This document shows, piece after piece, positions 41,637 through 49,350 of a stretch of DNA of 64,000 nucleotides. The notes under the pieces are model-generated. The model ran no database searches. It saw only the letters and a program-made list of their open reading frames with translations, and was not told the origin of the DNA. The position numbers and the translations under genes were made by a program. The number at the start of each line of letters is the position of its first letter. Position 1 is the stretch's first letter. Origin of the DNA: a virus. The DNA lies in IMG/VR virus record IMGVR_UViG_3300025010_000008, one strand, 5' to 3'.

Positions 41637-42614
41637 TCACCCGTTACGGGTGTCTATCTTTCTTTGGCGTATTTCTTTCGTAGTCGCTACCTCGCTTAAG
41701 CCCATTTTATCTAGCAACTCAAGAACCATGGTTTTTGCCCCGCAATATTCACAATATAGTGCATCGGGGACATTTGCTTTACCACAATACTCATGGTTAT
41801 ATCTTGGATCGGTTTCAAGGTTGACACAGAGATTGTATAGGTATTGTCCACATTTTTTACAAAACTTTGCTGTAGATGAAAATGAGTTGTTACCACAAAC
41901 TGGACAATCAATAAATCTCATATTTTCATCGACTTCCGGTAATCTTATGTCTTTTAATTTATTTGCGCTCGATCTAACCACCTTCTCTTTAATCGAGGTA
42001 CAATAGTTAATGCCGCTTTTATAATTAATCCTTGTTTCAGCGATATATAATTTGCCGGATCTGTTTACTTTCCACTCATTAAAAAGCTGCCTAGCGTTTT
42101 CCTTTGAAAGTATTTGCAATTCATCTAGCCTATTAACAATTGCCTCCCAGGATACATTAAAAATTCTCTTAAGTCTCCCAATCTCAGGAACAGTCAGAGG
42201 TAAGCAAATACGTGAGCGCACCCACTGCTTAGGCATTAAGCACCGGGTAGCAAATATATCTGCCTCCCGGTCCAGCATCCACAATTCCCTACTAGTCAAA
42301 TACTCAATATCGAATTCAAAATGATGGTTTAGTGTAATATGTGCTAGTTCATGTGCGTAGGTAAAGTTATCCCTGCCGTTGGGTAGGTCTTTGTTTATGT
42401 AAATGTGGTATATATCATCTACCGGATAGGAAAATCCTTTTTCTTTTGAAAATTTATTATTCTGATTGTTGCTAAAATAAAACAATCTGCCCAACTGCTT
42501 AAGTATTTCTTTAACTGGAACGGGTGGAGCTTGTACGCCCATTTGTTTTAACAGTGTCCTTACCTTCGCTTTTACATAATTCTCTCTTACATTAGTAGGA
42601 CGACTTATAAACAC
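41637..42614 (-). CDS. ImmA/IrrE-family metallopeptidase with C-terminal double zinc ribbon
   Basis: HEXXH in YAHELAHITLNHH. C-terminal CPVCG...CKKCG and CGKAN...CEYCG. It lies adjacent to the XRE repressor. Confidence 0.75.
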   Translation of the reverse strand: MFISRPTNVRENYVKAKVRTLLKQMGVQAPPVPVKEILKQLGRLFYFSNNQNNKFSKEKGFSYPVDDIYHIYINKDLPNGRDNFTYAHELAHITLNHHFEFDIEYLTSRELWMLDREADIFATRCLMPKQWVRSRICLPLTVPEIGRLKRIFNVSWEAIVNRLDELQILSKENARQLFNEWKVNRSGKLYIAETRINYKSGINYCTSIKEKVVRSSANKLKDIRLPEVDENMRFIDCPVCGNNSFSSTAKFCKKCGQYLYNLCVNLETDPRYNHEYCGKANVPDALYCEYCGAKTMVLELLDKMGLSEVATTKEIRQRKIDTRNG

Positions 42615-42642
42615 TGGTGTATCTCCTTAATTAAATATTTAA

Positions 42643-42960
42643 TTACTTGGCTTTGCGTTTATTAGACTTGGTTTTGTCAAGTATTGAAATCTGGATGTCG
42701 TGGGTTTCTATCTTCGACTCGATGCGATCCAATGCTGCGAGGATTCGTTCATTGACTTCTGTTTGGACTTCGCGAAATTCATAGATACCACGAATTTTCT
42801 CAATAACTTCGTTTTCAATGCGGAGTTCCAGTTTGTCAACCCTATTTTCCAACCCGTTAAATTGGGAGCTATGCTTTTGTAGGATTTCACTATGCTTTTG
42901 TAGTGTTTTAATTATTAATTGTTGGCCTTCGAGAAGTTCTTTTAAAAACTGGTCAGACAT
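42643..42960 (-). CDS. Hypothetical coiled-coil protein
   Basis: 105 aa, lying between the repressor and ImmA genes. Confidence 0.5.
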   Translation of the reverse strand: MSDQFLKELLEGQQLIIKTLQKHSEILQKHSSQFNGLENRVDKLELRIENEVIEKIRGIYEFREVQTEVNERILAALDRIESKIETHDIQISILDKTKSNKRKAK

Positions 42961-42983
42961 GGGTTATTCTCCTTTCAGGGGAA

Positions 42984-43340
42984 TTAGTCTTTATCCTCTA
43001 CAGCAGCTTCAATAATTTTTGCTATTAATTTCTCGTCTTCGGGGGTAATCCTTTTCCCGTTGCGACGGAGCACACGGCTTATTCGGGGGAATTGTTTTTC
43101 AATACTGTCATCAATATTTTGCTGGTTAGTGTTATCTAGGTAACCGGCAGCACGCATTAAGTCTTCATCAAGAATTCCTAGTGCTTTTGATAACTTTTTT
43201 ATAGTTTGAAGTGAAGGATCGCGCTCGTTGTTTTCAAGTCTCGAAATCTCAGTATTGCTTAATTCAGCTTTAAATGCGAGTTGCCTTTGCGAATAACCTC
43301 TACTGTTTCTTAATTTAATTAAATATTCCCCAAAACCCAT
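42984..43340 (-). CDS. XRE/CI-type phage repressor
   Basis: HTH_3 motif YSQRQLAFKAELSNTEISRLENNERDPSLQTIKKLSKALG. It is divergent from the cro-like gene. Confidence 0.85.
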   Translation of the reverse strand: MGFGEYLIKLRNSRGYSQRQLAFKAELSNTEISRLENNERDPSLQTIKKLSKALGILDEDLMRAAGYLDNTNQQNIDDSIEKQFPRISRVLRRNGKRITPEDEKLIAKIIEAAVEDKD

Positions 43341-43357
43341 AATAAAACCTCCAAAAG

Positions 43358-43486
43358 TGTAACTTGATTGTTACACTAAAAGTATAACACAAAAGATAAA
43401 AATTAATAGGTAAATATTAAAAATAGCGTTGACAACATGTAACACGGGTGTTATTATATTGGTGACACAATAATGTTACACAGGAG
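43358..43486. promoter_or_regulatory. Divergent lysogeny-switch promoter/operator region
   Basis: Operators TGTAAC-N6-GTTACA at 43358-75, TGTAACacgggtGTTAtt at 43438-55 and a GTTACA half-site near 43475. Rightward promoter TTGACA (43429-34), 17 bp, TATTAT (43452-57). Confidence 0.6.
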
Positions 43487-43495
43487 GTGGTGGTG

Positions 43496-43762
43496 ATGCT
43501 ACTACAATTAAACACCGAACTTATAGAAAAAGAAGCTGAGAAGCAAGGTTTAAATAAAACTAATCTAGCCAAGAAACTAGGAATTAGTAGGATGCACCTA
43601 GATAGAATATTATCGGGCAGTACACCTGGCAATAAAGCTATCTCAGCTTTTTTAGGAGTATTTAATCAATATAGCTTTAAAGAATTATTTTTTTTACCCG
43701 GAGTGTCACAAAATAGTGACACAAATAAACTTAACTCAACCGGCACGGAAGGAGGTGCTTAA
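43496..43762 (+). CDS. Cro-like HTH regulator
   Basis: KTNLAKKLGISRMHLDRILSG, RBS aggagg. Confidence 0.65.
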   Translation: MLLQLNTELIEKEAEKQGLNKTNLAKKLGISRMHLDRILSGSTPGNKAISAFLGVFNQYSFKELFFLPGVSQNSDTNKLNSTGTEGGA

Positions 43763-43765
43763 CCT

Positions 43766-44053
43766 ATGACCGACACCCGCAATGAAGAACCCCGCGACCC
43801 GGAAGAACTGGCGCAGGAGTTACAAGATCTACGATCAGAATTTCATGCTGAGCTTAGCGACGAATTAACCAGAACCAGAAAGCCACACAGTCCCTATAAC
43901 CTAAGCCTTTCAAGGGTGAAAGACCTAATAGCTTTAGCTGCGGAAATCATTGAAATAATCGACCAAAAAACTACTGGCGGAAGAGAAGCTAGATTTGTGG
44001 CCAACGTGGTTAAGGGAGCCGTCGACCACTGGCAATCGGTAGATGCAACTTAA
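43766..44053 (+). CDS. Hypothetical early protein
   Basis: 95-aa ORF with RBS gaaggagg. Confidence 0.5.
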   Translation: MTDTRNEEPRDPEELAQELQDLRSEFHAELSDELTRTRKPHSPYNLSLSRVKDLIALAAEIIEIIDQKTTGGREARFVANVVKGAVDHWQSVDAT

Positions 44054-44081
44054 AAGTACAGAGGTGGTGAGCTAAAAAGTA

Positions 44082-44339
44082 ATGTCAAAAGTTGCACAGT
44101 TAAATTGTAACATGTCGGGTAATGAGGAAGTAGAAGTAAATAATGGCTCGGTTTCCAGCGCTGAAAAACTGTTGGATCGAATTCACGAATACCGTAACCA
44201 GGTAGCTTTTCAAACAATACGCTGCAAACTTTATGACATAGCTGATAGGCTACTGGACAGTCAAGAGAAAGTAGAAGTGTCTGTTGAGAAAATCTTGGAG
44301 CTAATGGATTACACTGTCGAATGTGAGCAAAGTTTATGA
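44082..44339 (+). CDS. Hypothetical early protein
   Basis: 85-aa ORF. Confidence 0.45.
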   Translation: MSKVAQLNCNMSGNEEVEVNNGSVSSAEKLLDRIHEYRNQVAFQTIRCKLYDIADRLLDSQEKVEVSVEKILELMDYTVECEQSL

Positions 44340-44391
44340 TGCCGGTGGTAGGACAAATCCTGCTTCGCATAAACTGCAGTGAGGTGATTAT

Positions 44392-44562
44392 ATGGCAGTA
44401 AAAAGGAAATTTATCTTACCGAGTGGAGAAGTCAAGGCAGAAGAAGAAATGTCGCCCGATGAGCTTGGTGCATTTCGCAAAAAGCTGGCTAAGTTACTTC
44501 TGCCACTAGCGATTGAAGCGGCCATTAAAGACTTACAAAGAGAAAAGGCTGAGGCTGTTTAG
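44392..44562 (+). CDS. Hypothetical small protein
   Basis: 56 aa, absent from the ORF track. RBS gaggtga, followed by the small terminator GGCgaaaGCC plus a T-run. Confidence 0.4.
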   Translation: MAVKRKFILPSGEVKAEEEMSPDELGAFRKKLAKLLLPLAIEAAIKDLQREKAEAV

Positions 44563-44615
44563 GCGAAAGCCTTTCTTTTTAAAATCTACATGGACAGGCT
44601 GGAGGTGAAAATCAC

Positions 44616-44786
44616 ATGAAAAACATGCAGGTAAATATTGAAGCAGTAAGACTTGGCGACATTATTGATGGTCAGGAAGTTGTTACTATTTTAGACCGCC
44701 AGGATTATGAGCTTGTCAAATTATCTTTGACTAACGACGAAACTATTGCCGGTCGTTACGGAAGAACTATTACAGTTCAGAGATAA
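44616..44786 (+). CDS. Hypothetical small protein
   Basis: 56 aa, absent from the ORF track. RBS ggaggtga. Confidence 0.4.
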   Translation: MKNMQVNIEAVRLGDIIDGQEVVTILDRQDYELVKLSLTNDETIAGRYGRTITVQR

Positions 44787-44803
44787 GACAGGAGGTGAAA
44801 TTT

Positions 44804-45088
44804 GTGAAACACGTCGATTTAACTTTAGAAGTCCTACCGGCTGCCAAGGCTGCGTTTCAATTATTTAGGCCAGACTTTAGCTACTTCGTCAAACAAGAAC
44901 TGTGTGCGAAGATTATTGACGAACTAAAAAACAACTACGGAAAACTAGATATTAAGAAAGCTGTGGAGGCTCTTAATGAGTTAGACAGAGAGATTGCCAA
45001 ATCAATTGGCTTGCCGGAAACTGCAGTAACTTACTGGGTTGAAAATGGTTGTTTGAAATGTGTTGTTAAGGGTAGTGCGAGGAAGTAA
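44804..45088 (+). CDS. Hypothetical protein
   Basis: GTG at 44804, 6 nt after ggaggtg. Confidence 0.5.
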   Translation: MKHVDLTLEVLPAAKAAFQLFRPDFSYFVKQELCAKIIDELKNNYGKLDIKKAVEALNELDREIAKSIGLPETAVTYWVENGCLKCVVKGSARK

Positions 45089-45227
45089 ACCGGCCGGGGA
45101 AGGAGCGGGCCGGGAAGCCCGCAGGAGAGAGGTACTTGTGGTCAGCAAGCAAGGTTAATTTTTCTATATCTTAACATTGCTTGGTAAATAAAACTATGAC
45201 TAAGTAAGTCAGAAAGGAGGGTTGAAA

Positions 45228-45821
45228 GTGTCACCATTTAAGCATTGCAGGAAGTTAGCAGGGAAAACAGTTGAACAAGCGGCTGAAGAATTGGCCGTAT
45301 CAGTAAGGCAATTGCACCGCTATGAAGCAGATGAAATTATACCGCCGCCAGACATTGTCATGAAAATGGCTGAAATATACCATGCCCCGACACTTATAAG
45401 GTGGTATCGTGCCAACATTGACCCTGTAGGCAAGAAATTAGAACCGCCAATACTAAACCGTATCAACCGTAGTCATTTTGCCCGACTATCAATATTGGCA
45501 AAAGAACTTCGTGAAGGCTATGAGGCAGCCATGAAAATGGCTCAACTATCGGTAAATAAAAATATTGGTACGGATTTCACGGAAGCAGAAAAGGAAGAGT
45601 TTTTCCAGCAATATACTCAAGCTATCACTGATTCAAAGCAGGCTGTATGTGAAGCAGAAGAGGCTTGCATGGAGTTGTTCGGGGTAAGAATGGGGCTTGA
45701 AGCTATGGAGCGTCACTGGTCTAAAATGATTTCTCATGGATACCTGGTGGTTGAGGGTATTGCCGCTGGAAATAAAATACCCCTCGCTGTTGCAGAGCGA
45801 AGGGCGAGTTACAGCTTATGA
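45228..45821 (+). CDS. HTH (XRE-like) DNA-binding protein
   Basis: N-terminal KTVEQAAEELAVSVRQLHRYEADEIIPPPDIVMKMAEIY. Confidence 0.6.
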   Translation: MSPFKHCRKLAGKTVEQAAEELAVSVRQLHRYEADEIIPPPDIVMKMAEIYHAPTLIRWYRANIDPVGKKLEPPILNRINRSHFARLSILAKELREGYEAAMKMAQLSVNKNIGTDFTEAEKEEFFQQYTQAITDSKQAVCEAEEACMELFGVRMGLEAMERHWSKMISHGYLVVEGIAAGNKIPLAVAERRASYSL

Positions 45822-45877
45822 AATTTCTTACCAGTAGTTTACCACGTTAGATTGTCGTGGGTCAAGGAGGACAAGCG

Positions 45878-46048
45878 GTGAATAACTGCATTAGAGTATG
45901 CCAGTGTATGACTTGCATACATGACGAAAACGGTACCTGTAAGTCCGATGAGGGCAATTGCAAGGAGGCAGCAAGTCTAAAGCTTTGCCCAGTGACGGAC
46001 TGCCCGTGCTACGAAAAGAGGGAGCAGGGAAGTGATAATTGTGAGTAA
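45878..46048 (+). CDS. Small Cys-rich protein
   Basis: GTG at 45878 after aaggagg. 10 Cys in 56 aa. Confidence 0.4.
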   Translation: MNNCIRVCQCMTCIHDENGTCKSDEGNCKEAASLKLCPVTDCPCYEKREQGSDNCE

Positions 46049-46301
46049 ACTTGCAGACGCTCTTAATAAAATCCAGGACGGCTTAACTGAACTGGATGAG
46101 GTTGTCAATGTTTTAGACACTGAGATCTGTGGTTCCAGGAAGGTAATAAACGTCATGTCTCTCAGGGATTTGGAGCAGATCCCGGGAGAGTTGAAATGTG
46201 AGGCCAAGGGTGGATTCAAAGAGTATTCAAAGAAGTTTATGGGAACCGAGTTTGTATTTTGGGAGGGTTATTGGGTTATTGAAAGTTCCGAGGTGGCTTA
46301 A
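46032..46301 (+). CDS. Hypothetical protein
   Basis: 89-aa ORF. The start is ambiguous (GTG at 46032 or 46041). Confidence 0.45.
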   Translation: MIIVSKLADALNKIQDGLTELDEVVNVLDTEICGSRKVINVMSLRDLEQIPGELKCEAKGGFKEYSKKFMGTEFVFWEGYWVIESSEVA

Positions 46302-46612
46302 TGAAGCGCCTTGTTGTCAAAAGAAAACTTAAAAGATGCTGCACGCATTGCGGCAAAAAGTTTTCTAAGGGGGATGTTTATTACAAGAAACGCGAAGTCT
46401 TTGTTGAAGAAGGATTAGTAATGGGGTTTGAATTCCTTGCTTGTCCGAAATGTAAGTATAAGCAAGAGCGGCGCAAGGAGCGTTGCAGCAGGTTTAAAAC
46501 TAACTGTCCTCATCCAGATAAGTTTATAGACGAAAAATGGTGCTACATTCCTGGTGAGGCAGTCATGGAACCTGATTATAGCTACTGCACTTTATGTGGA
46601 AAGATTTTATAG
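46301..46612 (+). CDS. Zinc-ribbon protein
   Basis: CTHCG...CPKCK...C...CTLCG, with an ATGA-type overlap to the upstream gene. Confidence 0.5.
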   Translation: MKRLVVKRKLKRCCTHCGKKFSKGDVYYKKREVFVEEGLVMGFEFLACPKCKYKQERRKERCSRFKTNCPHPDKFIDEKWCYIPGEAVMEPDYSYCTLCGKIL

Positions 46613-46741
46613 TTTACGGAGCGGTGGCGGAATAGGTAAACGATATTTGGCAATGGGCCGCCAGGACAGGCTGAATCCCATAGCTTGCAGGGTGCAAATC
46701 CCTGCCCGCTCTGTATCAATTTTATATAAGGAGGAATCCTC

Positions 46742-47083
46742 ATGGATAAAACTTTAGTTATTGGTCGTTTATTGGAACTGCCATCGCTTATCGAAGCAGC
46801 TGAGCAGGATGTTATAGAGATTCACGAAAATATGGTTTCAGCTAAAAACGCTTTAGTTGAGCTCGAAGCTAGGCTTATTTTAGGACAGTTGAGTACAAAG
46901 ATTGACGGGAAAAATGCGGAGCAACGTCAGGCTCAGGTTCTCCAGGCTACGGAAGAGGAGAGAGTGGTTTTAGCTACTGATGAACGTGCGCTTAGTGTTG
47001 CTAGGGCAGCATTAAACAGATTACAGAACGAACTCAAAGTCTACAGGGTTGTAGCTTCGTTAATGGCCGGGGAGGCGGTTTAA
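46742..47083 (+). CDS. Hypothetical coiled-coil protein
   Basis: 113 aa, RBS aaggagga. Confidence 0.5.
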   Translation: MDKTLVIGRLLELPSLIEAAEQDVIEIHENMVSAKNALVELEARLILGQLSTKIDGKNAEQRQAQVLQATEEERVVLATDERALSVARAALNRLQNELKVYRVVASLMAGEAV

Positions 47084-48160
47084 GTGGGCGAAACTACTGC
47101 TGTAGCCATTAGATCTGATTTTGATTTAACCGCTAAGGTGGAGGAACTGAGGAATAAAAAATTTAACATCCTTCTACCGACCACGACTTTTGCAAGTCAA
47201 TCAGAACTTTATGTACCGAGACTGGATATAGTGATACCGGAAGGCATAAAAGGCGGCGACTTCTATGCTCAGAGTAATAAAAATATTGGCACAGAGGAAA
47301 AGAAGGTTTGGGTTAAGCCTATGGCTCCTTCAGCACAGTTTTTAAGCAAGGTTGCTTCAGCCGCAAACATTCAGTGGCACCCGGATAAAAGCTGCCATAC
47401 CCTCATAGAAAAAATGCGGGTTGTGTATAAAGCGGTAGCTGCCATTCGTCAGGCAGACGGATCCTGGAGAATTATTACGGATGAGTATGAGCTTGACCTT
47501 GAAGTAATTGAGGAAGAGCTGAATGTGGAATATAAGAAAAAGTCGCGATTCAAAGACTTTCAAGAGAAGATGAAAAAGGAATGCATGACGGTAGAGGATT
47601 ACGTTAGGCGGGATCTTCTGCAGAAGCGCAAGCATAAACTGGCTTTAGCTAGCACTGGTGCAATGAACCGAGTTATCAGAAAGGCTTTGACCCTGAAAAA
47701 CACTTACCTGCCGGACGAGGCCAAAAACCCTTTTGCCATAGCAAAATTTGACTTTCAGCCTGACTTTAACGACCCGACAGTTAGGAGATATGCTTCAATG
47801 GCGGCAGTTCGGGCGCAGAATGATCTGTTTGGCGGTGGTGGCTTAGAAATGCCTTTGGGCGCTACGGAAGAGGATAACCAAGCTGCCGCAGAGTTCGGTG
47901 ATAGCGGTACTGGGAAAGTCATTGACATTAAGGCAAGTGATTATGACGGTAATACTAGCGGGGATAATTATTCAGGTAGCGGTGCAGGTGAAGATCCCTT
48001 TGCTGGCATGATTTTCTGCCAGCATTGCGGCGAGGAAATACAGGGTAGTGGTAAGAGAACTCCAGAGGCTATAAAGGATTATTCTGAAAGAACCTTTGGC
48101 GGGAAAGTGTACTGCCTTGAATGTCAGAAGGAAGCCAGGGCCGGGAGGATCGCATCATGA
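47084..48160 (+). CDS. Hypothetical protein with a C-terminal zinc ribbon, upstream of the SbcCD-like pair
   Basis: 358 aa, GTG start. CQHCG...CLECQ at the C-terminus after a Gly/Asp-rich linker. Confidence 0.5.
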   Translation: MGETTAVAIRSDFDLTAKVEELRNKKFNILLPTTTFASQSELYVPRLDIVIPEGIKGGDFYAQSNKNIGTEEKKVWVKPMAPSAQFLSKVASAANIQWHPDKSCHTLIEKMRVVYKAVAAIRQADGSWRIITDEYELDLEVIEEELNVEYKKKSRFKDFQEKMKKECMTVEDYVRRDLLQKRKHKLALASTGAMNRVIRKALTLKNTYLPDEAKNPFAIAKFDFQPDFNDPTVRRYASMAAVRAQNDLFGGGGLEMPLGATEEDNQAAAEFGDSGTGKVIDIKASDYDGNTSGDNYSGSGAGEDPFAGMIFCQHCGEEIQGSGKRTPEAIKDYSERTFGGKVYCLECQKEARAGRIAS

Positions 48161-49350
48161 GGATAGCACATTTGGCGGACATGCACTGGGGTATGAATTA
48201 CCCCGGTCCTAGTCCCGAAAGCCGGTTTGATGATATTTCAAGAACTATGGACTGGACAGCGGATCGAATTATTGAAGAAAAATGCGATCTGGTTCTTGTG
48301 GCCGGTGATGCGTTTAAGGATTCGAGGGTATTTTTAGACCGGGCTAGCCTGGAAATTAAGGCGTTTGTTGCCTGGTTAAGGAAGGTAAGTGCTGCAGGAA
48401 TAGATGTTGTAGCTATCAGCGGAACACCTAGTCATGATGCAGTGGCAGCCTATGAATTAATTAAGGAAATGCGAATACCGAGGGTTTGCATTGAGACTAC
48501 TCCCAGGGTAGTAAAGCATTTAGTGGACATTGCCTGCATCCCCGGTTTAAACCGTTCCAACCTGGTCACACAAGAGGAATACCGTACTATGTCTGCAGCT
48601 GAAATCCACAGAATTATGACGGGGAAAATAACACAATTAGCGATTGGGATGCGGTCTCAGTGCGGAGGAGTGCCGATTCTACTGACACACATGGCCTACC
48701 AGGGGGCAGATACCGGATATACAGACTTAATGATGCAGAATGAACCGGTACTGATGCAAGAGGCGGTGAATGGATATAGTCTGACATGCTTGGGGCATAT
48801 CCACAGACCGCAACAGATAGGCGAAACAGTGTTTTATTCCGGAAGTCCGGAGCGGCTAAGTTTCAGCGACGAGCATATTAAAACAGGCTTCTGGATACAT
48901 GAGCACAACGGCAATGGGTTTGATTCAAGGTTTATCGAAACTCCTGCCAGGCGGTACTGTACTTTAGAAGTTGATTTTAGTCAGTACGGTGACCTTAAAA
49001 GTGCTATGGAGTGGGAACTTGCAGGGATGAGCGAGGAAGGATTCGGGGAGTTGCTATTATTTCCAACTACCGGAGCTATAACTAGGTTGAAGTACAGATG
49101 CACGGAAGAGCAGGCTAAACTCCTTTCCCGTAAGGCTATCGAACACACGCTTTACAAGGGCGGCGCTTACTTTGTATCAGAGATAAAGGCCGATATCGAG
49201 AGGCAGGATCGGGCAAGGGACAGGGAAGTAACCGAGTCATTAGGACCTATAGAGGCGCTGGCCAAATGGGCTGAAAAGCAAGGTATTGCCAGTGAGGAAA
49301 TAACCACCTTGCAAAGCATGACTGCCAGCTTAATGGAGGTGGTAGCGTGA
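48157..49350 (+). CDS. sbcD: SbcD/Mre11-like metallophosphoesterase nuclease
   Basis: Motifs HLADMHWG, VAGDAFKD, GTPSHD and LGHIHRPQ. ATGA overlap with the upstream gene. Confidence 0.8.
   Translation: MRIAHLADMHWGMNYPGPSPESRFDDISRTMDWTADRIIEEKCDLVLVAGDAFKDSRVFLDRASLEIKAFVAWLRKVSAAGIDVVAISGTPSHDAVAAYELIKEMRIPRVCIETTPRVVKHLVDIACIPGLNRSNLVTQEEYRTMSAAEIHRIMTGKITQLAIGMRSQCGGVPILLTHMAYQGADTGYTDLMMQNEPVLMQEAVNGYSLTCLGHIHRPQQIGETVFYSGSPERLSFSDEHIKTGFWIHEHNGNGFDSRFIETPARRYCTLEVDFSQYGDLKSAMEWELAGMSEEGFGELLLFPTTGAITRLKYRCTEEQAKLLSRKAIEHTLYKGGAYFVSEIKADIERQDRARDREVTESLGPIEALAKWAEKQGIASEEITTLQSMTASLMEVVA

Noticed and set aside
46618-46712. A canonical tRNA gene.
   Set aside because: An acceptor-like stem and a T-arm-like hairpin exist, but no D-arm or anticodon arm can be drawn and the T loop lacks the conserved U55. 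I downgraded it to a tRNA-like or structured element.
46640-46715. Cobalamin or c-di-GMP riboswitch, suggested by GGTGCAAATCC and GCCAGGA segments.
   Set aside because: The motif order is opposite to the B12-box arrangement and the other conserved elements are missing. The resemblance is likely coincidental.
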